Shown: positions 25,048-37,300 of the stretch, piece after piece
Numbering within the stretch: the first letter of the stretch is position 1
Layout of the letters: every line of letters starts with the position of its first letter
Assembly: GCF_963921235.1 (NCBI RefSeq)
Contig: NC_086108.1
Span: 26,662,001-26,726,000, forward strand
Direction of reading: 5' to 3'
DNA: 64,000 bases
DNA from: Mobula hypostoma
Taxonomy: Eukaryota
The notes under the pieces: generated by a model
What the model was told of the DNA's origin: nothing
Seen by the model: the letters and a program-made list of their open reading frames with translations, nothing else
Database searches by the model: none
Program-made: the position numbers and the translations under genes

Positions 25048-25053
25048 ATTAAA
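25048..25053 (+). terminator. Candidate LTR polyadenylation signal ATTAAA
   Basis: Present at the same position in both LTRs, downstream of the TATA box and upstream of a GT/T-rich U5. Confidence 0.55.
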
Positions 25054-25788
25054 GTTTAAAACATCTTGACGAGTTTTCTGCGTCTCCTTGTCGTTTGTGA
25101 GAAACGAGAAACCATGATAAAATTGGCCTAACAAACAGAATCGGATAGAGACCTGCGAGGAAGGGAACGGCAGATTGGGATGCTTCCCGGTCCCTCGGGG
25201 ACCCTCACGGGGCTAACAGAATTAAAGGTGCACCCAAAGAAAAAAGGTGAGCGCTTTTTGCGATAATTCGGACTAAGAATTCTGTTGGTTTTGGGGGGTC
25301 TCGGGGACTCAGAAGTGTGAAACAACTGCCGAAGGGTCTCTCCGATCCAAAGAACCTGGCAGAATTGGGGATAAAAGGAGGCTCAGAGGATTAATCAAGA
25401 GCACGGCAGTGGGGGTAAGTACGAATAAAGTAATAATATGTTAAGTAAGAAAATTCCACGTGGTGTTGGTAAGTCCCTGTGGATACCGCTTCGCATGAAA
25501 CGAAGGTCTGAACAGGCAGGGAAGGAGAATTAAAAATCCTCGTGAATACCGCCTTAAGAAGTGTAAGGGAGGTGTAAAAGGAAAAAGTTCTGTGGATACC
25601 ACCCTAAGTAGAGGTCTGCACGGGCAGAACGTAATAAGAGATAAAGATAGTTTAATAGATAATTCAGACGCTGGTGAAATAAACCATAAGGCTAGGCATA
25701 GAAATAGAATTAGAGAAATAGTATTATTAAATAGGCAAGTAGTGAGATTCTAAGAATACCATAATAGAAAAAGGAAAAAGAGAACAAC

Positions 25789-27765
25789 ATGACAGAGAAA
25801 GGAACAGCAGTAGAAATATTGAGCAGAAAATTCCCGGTGTGTAAAGGTAAGATCGCAGAAATTTCAGAAAAATGGGAAAAAAGAACTAAAAAACTGGTCA
25901 CGAAATGGCCAAGAGAAGGAACGTTTGATGTAAGCTTATGTGAGGAAATGGAAGTGCTAATTAAAAATCACAAACCCAAAGATAAATCTAAGAAAAGAGA
26001 GAAAAATGGGAACAAGAAATGGAAGTGTTAAAACTCTTTAGGATGGAGGGAGAAAGGTTAAGAAAGACGGGGAGTATATTAATAGTAAGTAAAAAAGACA
26101 CTGAGAAACGAAAGGAGCAGTCTGATAAAGAAAAGGAGAAGCATAACAGGGGGCCGGCTTCAGCTCTATACCCAGACCTGAAAGACGTAGAGAAACCTCC
26201 TCCCTATTACGAGAAAGAAACCCTCAAGCAGTGTCTGATGATAACAGGAAGAGTGGATCTAAATGGAGAAATTAAAGTCTGGGATACCGAGGAGGAAAGA
26301 AAGAATCACGAGAAGGAGCAGGAGGAACTATGGAAGGTAATAGAAGAAGACAGGGCAAAGATAGAACAGGAGAAAAGGGAAATAGAAGAAGAGATCAAAG
26401 GGTTACAGGAATTAAAAGTGAAAAGGGATGAAGAGAAATCTTTGTTATATGGGAACGGAACTGAACAGGCTAGAGCAGAAGGTAACTTGTCGGGAGAGCA
26501 AGAGTTAAGCAGCGAAAGAGAGGGTGCAGGTGAGTGTAGGTAGAGGATAGGAGATAGGAGCCTTGAAGGGGAAAAAGAGAGTGAAAAGGCAGATATTAGA
26601 AACAGAGGAAGAGATTAGGAAATTACAGCAGAGAATGAATTTCCAACGGGAGTTTGAAGATTTTGCATGGGCTCAAGCAAACGCTAGCTCAAGGCAGAAA
26701 GGAAGAACTCCACGAGGAGGCCAAGGGAGAAAGGAAACCCCGGAAAGAATCATGTGGCAGCCAGTAAAAACGTGCTCAGAAACAGATGGGGAGTCAGGCG
26801 AGGAAGAGAGTCAGGAGATGTGGGAAAGGAAAGGGAGAATGATGCCGTTGTTAGTAAAAGGATTGGGACAAGTACAGTATATTCCTTGGGGATCCCAGGA
26901 CCTGGAAGGGCTGAAAAACACCCTGCCCAGCCTACATGAGGGTGCAGGGAAGTGGATTAGGGCCTTTGAGGAAGAAACCATGGGACAAATGTTGGCTATG
27001 GGAGATTTGAAGGCGCTGCTGATAAGGCTGATGGGAACCTCCAAACTACAAGAGCTGATGGAAGTGGCTGGCATACAGAATGTGGACAGCACACTGATTG
27101 ACGGGGCCAGATTTGACACAGTGTGGCAGAAGGTATGGGGGGCCCTCAGGGAGCTCTATCCACCCAAAATGGACCCCAAAGCCATGAAAGGGGATCCACT
27201 GGGAGACACTGAAAATTCAGCAGCCTATATAGAAAATCAGTTGAAAAGGTGGAGACTGGAAACTGAACAAGAAGTGGAAGGCAACCCGTTTATGACCTGG
27301 ATGTTCCAAAATACCGTTTTGGATGCAATGCCTCCCCAAGTTAAGTCTAATCTTGAGGAAGTGGTTGGACTGATCTCAATGACCCCACAGGAATTCAGGG
27401 ACCACGTAGTCCATGCGGTCGAAAAATATAGAAAAGACAAACGAAAGTTGACTGAGCAGAAAGAAGAAGTGAAAAGAAAGCTGATACAAATGCAGCTTGA
27501 AGAGCTTAAAAAGAAGGAAAAAGAAAAAGGCAAGAAGATGCTGCCAGCAATGACCAATTTAAGCACAGCCGTTAAAGTGAATGAAATGCCATTATATGGA
27601 GGGACTGGTCATGCCGTAAGACAGAGCCTGGAAAACCCCATGCCAATAATAAACGTCTTTGGGGGAGCTTTTCTGCAAATGCTCTATCAGGGACAGGATA
27701 AATTTAAACAGCAGCACAGACAGGACTAGAAATCCCAGGGAGGGGGGCAGAGAGGTTATGGGCAG
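25789..27765 (+). pseudogene. gag: Retroviral gag, disrupted
   Basis: Consecutive ORFs 25789-26031, 26019-26543 (ALYPDL, PPPY late domain) and 26563-27729 (capsid-like YIPW...DL..LK..LP...GAGKWI..FEE); position between PBS and env. Confidence 0.8.
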
Positions 27766-27865
27766 GAAGGACCCTTTACAGTAACCAAAGCATCACCCAT
27801 CGCAGTTCAAGTAGAAGGACGCTCCACCTGGTCTATCATCTCAGTCACTGCACTAGAGCAGTTCC
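27766..27865 (+). pseudogene. pol: Integrase C-terminal (GPY/F) remnant of pol
   Basis: EGPFTVTKASPIAVQVEGRSTW / YHLSHC. Confidence 0.75.
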
Positions 27866-28023
27866 GCAGGTACAGTCAGGTGGGCCACCCGAGGTAAGTG
27901 GTGAAGAGGAACAAACAGTAGAGGACAGACAAGAGCAACAAGAAGCTGATACTGAACCATAGGAACTTGACCAAGTAATAAGGGAAATTTTTAGTCCTGA
28001 GGACAGGCCAGAAGACCCTAAGG

Positions 28024-29655
28024 ATGGGGTTATGGATGGTAGTACTCTTTCAGATAATAGGGACAACTTGAGGGCGACAAGTCCTGCGCCCCGGGATGAT
28101 ACACTCAGATACTCTCGTGCAGATTTGGAGACCATTAATTTGGCAGATGTGGCATGGGACTGTTAGGATCCCACAAAACCGGAGAGAAAGGAGTAAGAGG
28201 AGCACAACGGTTACCTCCGTACCATGGTACCAGAACATGTGATACCAATGGGCAAATTATACAGCAGGGATGATGAAGAGACAGAATTGTTATCTATGCT
28301 CAAGGGCAAGTCTGGTGCAATATGTAGTCCCCATGCCTTATAACTCCTCCTCCTGCACGCAATGGCGAAAGGAGTGGAGGGGGCAGTGTGCGCAGCAGTG
28401 TCCAAGTGTAGTCAAGACCTGCAGCATGGGAATTTGTAGCGGGACGGATCCTTGTTATCAGAAATGTATTGATAACACCCCATATTGCCCTTATTGGTGT
28501 ATGTTATACCAGGCTTCCTCGCAGTTTGATCAAAATAAGCTTGCCTCTAACTGTAATTACAGCAGACCGTGGGCTATAAATAAAATAAGCCAGACACCCA
28601 CATTGGGAAAGCTTAAAATGCAGGAACATTTGAGTTATGAACGTTTCACGCGGACAGGTGACCTCTCGGTTGGGCATTTCAATGGCAACTGTGTTAAGAT
28701 TTGGGATGTAACCCCAGGCCGAAGATACCAGACAGGTGCCCCTCTGCCCGAGGGTGCACTGAACTCCCAGACCATCCCATTAGGAGATACCTGGTGGCTG
28801 TGTGGACAGGAGGGGGGTCTGAGATCCACGCTTCCCTGTAATTGGGCGGGTACATGTACGCGTGTTATGCTGATTCAAAAAGTTGTAGTATCCCCTGAAA
28901 TACAGTTTGACACCTCGAGGCAACAGACACTAAAACAGAGGAAGAGAAAATATGAGCCCGACCTGACGATTCGGATCAATAGTATAGGACAGCCGAGGGG
29001 TATACCTAATGAGTTTAAGGCAAGAAATAAGATTGCTGCGGGCTGGGAAGCACTTATACCTGTGATAGGGGTTAGCAAAAATGTTGAATGGATAAATTAT
29101 ATGTATTATAATCAGCAGAGATTCATTAACTACACCGATGATGCACTAGAGGCTTTGAGACAGCAGATAGATGCAACCAGTAGAGTGGCGTGGCAAAATA
29201 GACAGGTACTAGACTGGCTATTGGCAGAGAAAGGAGGGGTTTGTGTAATGTTTGGGGAACAGTGCTGTGCTTTTATACCGAATAACACTAGTCCGGAGGG
29301 ATCATTTACCAGAGCAATGAATAAACTGAAAAATCTAAGAAAGGAAGTTAATCAAAATGCAGGGTTTGGACACCAGTTCTTTGACTGGTTAAATAGTAAA
29401 CTAGGAGGATGGGGAGCATGGCTGACTGAGATTGCAGTAACCATTGGTATTGTATTACTAAGCTGTGCGGTCATTCTGTGCTGTTTTCTTCCATGCCTCA
29501 AGTCGCTTGTAGTGCGAGCTGCAATGAAACGGTTTCCGATGCTTCTGGAAATTATTGGGTCGAGCCCTATGGAGAAGGAGGCACCGATGATGTATTCGTA
29601 CAGTCTACGAGACACGCAAGACGAACAGGAGAGAGATGAAATATGTGGGGATTAG
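28024..29655 (+). pseudogene. env: Retroviral envelope (gamma-type); open 28270-29655, with two in-frame TGA upstream
   Basis: Signal-like MGLWMVVLFQII at 28024, CYLC, RKRK furin site, IGQPRGIPNEFKARNKIAAG fusion region, QNRQVLDWLLAEKGGVC immunosuppressive domain, CX6CC, TM helix. Confidence 0.9.
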
Positions 29656-29885
29656 ACTGTGAAGGCTCCTGAGTCTTTTTCCCTGTCTCAGATACGAAGG
29701 GATGGGTTTTTGGCTCAGCGGCCTAGGGAGGTAGGAAGAGAACACTTTGAGTCCTAAGCGCAGGAAACTATAGTTTAACCCAAATTTGGGAGTAAATGCG
29801 GGGCTTTATTTGAGCTTTTGTGCATAGACTGTCAGTCCTCTCTCTCTCTCTGTATGAGACCCTGTGGGTCTCAAAAGGCAGATTA

Positions 29886-30448
29886 TATTGGAAAATGCAT
29901 TGTATTTTCTATGTATTACAGTATTTACTCAAATGTACACATTGTGTTTTCTAAATTTACTATGTAACCACTGCTAGCTGAATAGAAGGTATTCACTATG
30001 TAGCCATGACTTTTGACCTGATCACTATTAATTCATGAAGAGAACTAAAATGAAACCAATTAGAAAGATAACGGTGGCAAGTTAGGTGATGAAATATATG
30101 GCAGTATGTCAACACAAGACTAATTAAGAAATAACTGTGGTTAGGGATGAGAGGACATATGATCTAAAATGCAAACTAGGACATAATTAAGTTGGGGAGT
30201 AAAACAATAGTGGAAAGCCGAGAGTGGATATATTGATGATATGTAATCACAGGCCGACTGGATATGATAATGATAATGATAGCTAAGATAGGAAAATTGC
30301 TACAAAAAATGCTGTATACAAGCCTCACCGGGCAGTCAGCTACTAGCTTTCTGATTGTCTCAGCTTTGATTTGCAAATTAAAGTTTAAAATGTCTTGACG
30401 AGTTTTCTGCGTCTCCTTGTCATTTGTGAGAAACGAGAAACCACGACA
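29886..30448 (+). repeat. ERV 3' LTR
   Basis: tattggaaaatgc...gaaaccacgaca; preceded by aaaaggcagatta. Confidence 0.92.
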
Positions 30449-30773
30449 AAGGCTCATCATCTTCAAGAAATGTGAGTTGGGAGAAAATACATATTCTGTC
30501 TATTTTCTTTTTCGTTCACGCAGTTTATGCGCAAGTGAATTTTATTCCATATCTTAAGTTTTTGGCTAGTGACCTATAAAGTCTGTGAAGTTGAATTTCA
30601 GTAATCTGAGCAGCTGTAATGTGGGGGTCACCTGTACATAATAGGTAGAGCTCTTAAAGGTACATATACACACTTGTCTAAATATATTATGAAAAAAGCA
30701 AACCTGTGGAAATAATGACAATCCACATCTTAAATTACACATTTGTGAAATTCTACAATTAAATAATTATTAC

Positions 30774-32726
30774 TATTGTGTGTTTCATATTTCGGTAGTA
30801 TTTGAATAATGTTGTAAATATATTGATTAAGCATTCTTGTTTGTTTAAATAATTCATTCCATATTATATGTAAAATTATGTGAATTGTATATGTCATCAC
30901 ACCACCATATGACAAAATATCTGATAATGATGAGAGTGACACAGGACTATGTAACCTTGAGGTATACAATGTAAAAACTAACAATAGATGAGCAACATGG
31001 CTTATACCAAAGGTGAATGGAAAATTAATTAAAATGGAATTGGACTCTGGCTTGGCTGTATCAGTCATTCCACAAAATTAGTTTGAACAACATTTCAAAG
31101 GTACTGAATTGAAGCCAGCAGATATCAAACCAAGAACTTATGTTGGAGAAAATAAAATTCCTGTGGGAATGACACTCATAACAGTGAAATACAACAACCA
31201 GCAAGCCACATTGGGCTTGTATGTGGCAAAAAATAGGAGGGTTACCATTATGGGGGCATGATTGGCTGAAGCAACTACAACTTGATAGGACATTCATCCA
31301 CCATTTGCATGCCACATCCCCTGCAATAGAGCTAACTGAAAGCAAACTAAGGAGTGTGCTGAGTGAGGCCGCAACTGTCTCCATGCCGAACACCAGGAGC
31401 TATTGCCTAACAGAAGGCAAACAGATGTTGGTGCCAACCTCCGTGCCTGTTTGGAAGGCATATTGGACCAAGGAAGGACCATGCTACTCAGAGTCAAAAT
31501 GAAAGTAATTTAATGAAAGCAGTGGTCCAACTACAACAGTTTTGTAGGCAATATTTCTTAGAAAGCTTCTGATAACCAGTCAGTTACTTGTGAAATGCGG
31601 ATTGCTCTTAAGCTGGAAGAGAGTTCAAGGAGCTTCAGGAAAGTTGCAAGCATTTGGCTTTTGTAAGTATAAAGATCCAGAATCTACTCTGCGTGCATAA
31701 ATGATATTGCATGAATTTTGAGTGGGAAACAAAAAGCTGCTTGTAAAAGTAGATGCAAAGGCAAAATCCCAGCTGGATGAATGGAAGGCCAAAAAGAAAA
31801 CAGAAAATAGTCAATGGAGATTAAAAAAGATAAGTGGTATGGATGAGGAAGTCAAGAGGAGAGATCAGATCATAAAGGGACCAACAGAAGGATTAATAAG
31901 AGAATACTCAGTGAACTGAATGCACTTTCCCAACATCAAGATGCATATCATTGAAAGAAGAAAAAGGAAAAGAAAGAAGAGGACTTAAGTGCTATGAAAG
32001 TGGAAGAGGATAAAGGAGACCTTTGCATACAGAGTAGATTCTGGATCTTCATACAAAAGCCGAATTTGTTGATAAACTGGCAAATTCAGAGATACTCACA
32101 AGTAACTAAAAGAAATAGGAAGGCAAGAAAAAGCAAGAGAAGAAGTTGAAAAGGAGGGAAGCAAAGATCAAAATAGATCCAGAGAAAAAAGTTGAGAAAA
32201 GGAGAAGAGTGGTGTCCAGAGCTGTCAGAACCACTTCCTGCAGTCTCAGCGTCAACTCGTATGACCACTACAGAGGAGGACCCAAAACTTGAGATTGTTT
32301 TCACAGCCACAAGTCTCATCTGCCAAGCAGAGCGACCTCCCTTGTTAGGAAAGACATTATCCCACAAGAGTAAGAAATACTCCACAGTGATGCTGTGGAT
32401 GTCTGTGTTGTCATTGTAATATATAGTGTACTGCATACATAGTTGAGATGCATTCTGAGTTTATAGCTAAGCAGGCAGGAATGTCCAGTATTTAATATTT
32501 CAGTAATGTTTGAACAATATTTTCAATATATTGTTTGATTAAGCATTCTTGTTCATTCAAATAATTCATTATGGGCTATATGTAAAAATAAGTAAATTGC
32601 ATAGATCATCACACCGCCATGTTACTTGTGCATGCCTTATTTAAAGTAAGCACAAAGTTAGACTCACATTTTGGATTCCCAAGTCTTTCTTTTAATTACT
32701 TTAATGCTGTGAAGTTATAAAGCACA
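30774..32726 (+). mobile_element. Internally deleted Gypsy LTR retrotransposon carrying a host cDNA fragment
   Basis: LTRs 30774-~30915 (partial) and 32482-32726; ATTAC on both flanks; PPT-like aagcaggcaggaa; protease motifs MELDSGLAVSVI and LWGHDWLKQLQLD. Confidence 0.85.
31420..32190 (+). pseudogene. RBM25: Processed (intronless) RBM25 fragment: RRM through the start of the ER-rich region
   Basis: Frameshifted matches to RBM25 as recalled: MLVPT..RHIGPRKDH, GPTTTV.VGNIS.KASD, KCGLLLSWKRVQGASGKLQAFGFC.YKDPESTLRA, KKLLVKVDAKAKSQLDEWKAKKK, DEEVKRRDQIIKG..EGLIREYS, KFRDTHK. Confidence 0.9.
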
Positions 32727-34304
32727 ATTACTAATGACATAATCTTGATAGCAATTTCTACCCTACCATCTTAACACAAAATTACTACAATATCTATCCC
32801 AGTACTGATAACTCCCATGGATCCCTCCTTCAGTTAGCCTTCATAGATGACTATGCTCATATTCCATAATACAGTTGGTTCCTCAATTATGCACAAATGT
32901 AAATACATTGTTTGCCAAATTGCATATGAAAAACAAACAGTACACAGTCTAGAATGCATTAACTACTACATTCTTTGAAGTATATTTCTAAATACTGTAA
33001 ACCAACCACATCAAATTTTTATTTTCATTCCTTCTTAAGGATCCTTATTTTTATGGTCAGTGGCCTCACTCGGTCTCATATCTTAATTCCGTAGGCACCA
33101 CACCTTTTCGCTTCTCTGCTGTCTCTCCTGAAGTTAGAAAGTAAATGCCTTGGAAATTTCCTCTGTGGACTGATTCCGAGTGCTTTCAATTTGATGCGAT
33201 GCTTTGCAGTCTCTCCTGACCGCGCTGTGTTGAACAAATGTTAGTGAGTCCAGGCCTGTGGCTTTCACTCAGGGGATGGTCAGAATTTTAAATTGCCCAG
33301 GTATTGCAGTGCATTTCTCCCTCAGGTTATCCAGCTCAATCTGCTCTTGATTTTGGCCAATCAGTTGCTCTGGGAGAAAAGAAAGGCCGTTGGGCTTCAG
33401 GCCCTCCTCTTTACCGACTGCATCATAGAGAAGAAAGGATACGAGCAGCTGTCTGAACAGTCAACAAAGTCTTTGGAACTGTGTCTTTAGTATCCTCTTT
33501 AGAAGAAAAGAGGTGATAGAGCATGAAAACAAGCTCTTCAGCCCACCTATTCTGTGCTGACCATCAAACATGGTTTTTCACTAATCCTATCCTAACGTAT
33601 CCTTTATTCCCCCTACCTTCCCACCGGGACAATTCATTGTGGTCTACCAACTCACTAATCTATGGGATGTGGGAGGAAACTGGGGTACCAGGGAAGATGT
33701 GTAGCTGATAGCAACAGAGGTCAGGATTGTACCAGGATCATTGTAGATGTGAGGCAGCAGCTCTACTAACTGCATCACTGTACTGTCCTGCAAAATATAT
33801 TCTTCACTGATCTTTTACTAACACACACTACATCTGGGGCTATCATTTTTCTATATGATTTCACTACTGCCTTTTACTCTATATAAGTAACTTTACCATC
33901 TTTCAGTCTTCTTGGCATGTAATCATTGAGGGTGCTGGCTCAACTGGCTTACCCTGTCAGAAGTACTTCGTATTTATTTGCTTAGCCTCGGTTCCATATT
34001 CTCAATGACCTCATATTGTAGATCAGCCTACAGCTGCCTTTAATAAGAATAGCTTTTGTGTTGTGAAGTCCTAAGTTGTTTTCTATTGTCTTTGCAGATA
34101 GCAAAATAGAAATGGAACTGATATCTATGTTTGACAGAGTTCTCAGATTTTAGAAAATGGAAACTGGCCCTTCAGCCCTTAGTGATCAACAACCATCCAT
34201 TTACGCTAATCCCATTTTAATTCTTCCCATTTTTCCATTTGCATCTCAGCTCATATTCTACCATTTACCTACACACTCAGGACAACTTATAGTGGCTAAT
34301 TATC

Positions 34305-37300
34305 AATCCAAATTCAAAGTCAAAGTAAATTTTATTATCAAAGTACTATACATATAGGTCACCATATGTAAACCTGAGATTCATTTTCCAGTGGGCATAC
34401 TCAGCAAATCTATAGATTAGCAACTATAACATGATCAATGAAAGATCAACCAGAGTTCGGAAGACAACAAGTGCAAACATAGGTAAATAACAATAAATAG
34501 TGAGAACATGAGATCACAAGATAAAGAGTTTTTAAAGAGAGATCATTGGTTGTGGGAGCATCACAATGGATAGGCAAGTGAGTGTCGTTATCTTGTTATG
34601 TTTGTTCTTAATAAAGGACAAATTTAGCATGGGTAAATCCAACACTTATTTATTTACAGTAAAATGACATCAGCTTGACATGAGTGCATGCAACCAGCTC
34701 CTCAACAATGATATTTAACTTTAATTGTAATGATCAAGTGCAGCCATCTACTTTCAATCTGTCTCTGTGGTGGTTCAATGATCTGTTTTGGTCTGCTATG
34801 TGTTTCCACAGATATATTGCCTTCATTTGCTGTTACAATCTCTGATCAACATGTTCATTTCTTTCATATTCTTCTGTCTAGATCCTATCTGTTCCTCACT
34901 GTTCTTGTTCTTGCTTTTCAGTTTTAACTGGAAGTTGATAAGAGACAGATTTTGAACCAATGCTGCATAATATAGAAGCATGACTGGCGACTCCATATGT
35001 TCCCTCAGCACTGGCATCCTGACTGTCATGCTGGTGCAGCTGGAATCTATGTAAAATGGAGTTTTTGTGCTTCTCTTGCATAATCCCTTTGGAACTCTCA
35101 TAGATGCTGTTACGAGTTTTTTGAGTTTCACCTGGCAGGCATCCAAACCTCTCAAAGACATCTGCATACTCTTCCATAAGTGGAATAAGGTCACCTTTGG
35201 TCTGTGAAGCCACTACGAAAACTTTTTTCACCAGGTTGAAAACTTCTTTCACATGCACTCACATCTAATATTGACTGTATGTTCTTTTCTACAACTCAGT
35301 AACTGTTCCTTTAGGTGTTGCCTTTTGTGCTGGAAGGTCACTATATAGCCCCCTTTTACTGGAACGTTCTCTCACGTATAGCCTGTCATGTTTAACTTCA
35401 CAGGGTAAATTCTGCTCTTTAATTTGAGAGTCTTGTAATCATCCATGGAAAACAGATTCATCTGGGCTCTGGTGTCAAACTTAATTGGAATTACTGTCTC
35501 ATTCACAGTCACTGGAACAAACCATTCTGTTTTACCAGCACCCGCAGTCTGTAGAAGTCCAGAAAGACTTCCTCCATTTCCTCAACAACTGTGTGTATCT
35601 TTCTGCTTTGTAGCCCCAGCTTTGCAGCACTTTACAAAAAGATTCTTCATCCCACAATTATTGAAGGATTTTCCATAAGCAGAACATGTCTTTGGGATGT
35701 GCCTTTCTCCAGATTAGCTGATTTTGCTGTTTGAGTCCATGTCTTTGCTAACCTGTTGCTCTGGAAAATGCCTTGTACTTTACCCCTCTGTTTTCACAGC
35801 ATACACTATTGTTTATACCCTGTGTTGTTCATTAGCTTGTGATTGTGTGGTCTCTACCACCCTACACATATTTACAGCCTTTTCCAGTGTTAAATCTTTT
35901 TTCATGAGAAGTCTGTCTCCGCAATTTGAAAGCTGAAATAGATGTCCAAAGCATCTTCGCCAATTACGCGTAGAGATAGTAACCTTCAATTTTTCTTCCA
36001 TTGCTTGACTCTACTGGTTGCTAAATATACACTGAATTACTGTTTGAAGCATTATCCGTTATCAGTTAGAATGCCCGTAAACTGCATAAGTGTGGGAAGA
36101 CTTAGGTTATCCATCACAGCAATTTTTGGCATCTCTCACCTTAATCTCTTGGTGATCTTCTGGATATAATGTGCTCTCTCACTTCTCTAGCCATGTCACT
36201 GCATCTTTTATTTCCCCTTCAGCACTAGCATCTCTTTCTCAGTAGTGCATGGTATTCACTTACTCACCCGTGTTTAGCTCTCACAATGACTTCTGACACC
36301 ATGCTATGCTTGTTCTTAATAAAGGACAAACTTATTGTGGATAAAACTAACACATATTTATATACAGTAAAATGGCTTCATCTCAACACGAGCACATACA
36401 ACCATCCCATCAATGTCACTTATGGTTCCGGGTGAACAGCCTGCATTGCACACTGAGAAATGAAGTTCTTTATTATCTACACACATAACACATCCCCTTT
36501 GTTCAAGAGCCTGATGGTTGGGGATTAGTAACTGTTCCTGAACGTGGTAGTGTGAGTCCTGAGCTCATGTACCTTCTACCTGATGGCAGCAGTGAGAAGA
36601 GAGCATGGCCTGGGTGGTGGGGATCTTTGATGATGGATGGTGCTTTCCTGCGACAGTGTTTCATTTAAGTGTGCTGAATGCACTACCTTTTGTGGGATTT
36701 TCTGTTCAAAGGCATTGATGTTTCCAGTGAGGCAACCAGTCAATACGCTCCCCACTCCACACCTATAGAAGTTTGTCAAAGTTTTAGATATCATGCCAAA
36801 TGACTGCTAAGGAAATAGAGGCGCTGCCATGCTTTCTTTGCCATTGCAATTGTATTGTCCAGTACAAGTCCCATAAAACAGTAACACCCAGGAAGTTAAA
36901 GTTGCTAACCCTCTCTAGCTCAGGTCTTCCAATAAGGACTTGCTCATGGACCACAGTTTCCATCTCCTGATGTCTACAATCAGTTACTTGGTCTTGTTGA
37001 CATTGAATGAGGTGCTGTTGTTATGACACCACTTAGGCAAATTTTTAATCTCCCTCCTGTATGCTGATTCATCACCACCACCTCTGATTCTGCCTACGAC
37101 AGTGGTGTCATCAGCAAACTTGAATATGGTATTGGAGCTGTGCTGAGCCACACAGTCATAGGTGTAACGTGAATAGAGCAAGGGGCTACACACACAGCCC
37201 TGTGGCACAATTGTGCTGATGGAGATTGTGAAGGAACTGTTGTTCCAATCCAAAATGGCTGGGTCTTCAAGTGAGGAAATCCAGAATTCAGTTGCACAAG

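Larger units (their letters stand above)
18661..25119 (+). repeat. ERV 5' LTR (18661-19094 plus 24985-25119), split by the Penelope palindrome
   Basis: Both pieces align in order to 29886-30448. Confidence 0.92.
18661..30448 (+). mobile_element. Class I (gamma/epsilon-like) endogenous retrovirus, LTR-gag-(pol deleted)-env-LTR
   Basis: Paired ~560 bp LTRs, gag with PPPY, integrase GPF remnant, env with CXXC / furin / ISD / CX6CC / TM, purine-rich tract before the 3' LTR. Confidence 0.93.

Noticed and set aside
31420..32190. Functional RBM25 gene
   Set aside because: Intronless, partial, multiple stops and frameshifts, inside LTRs
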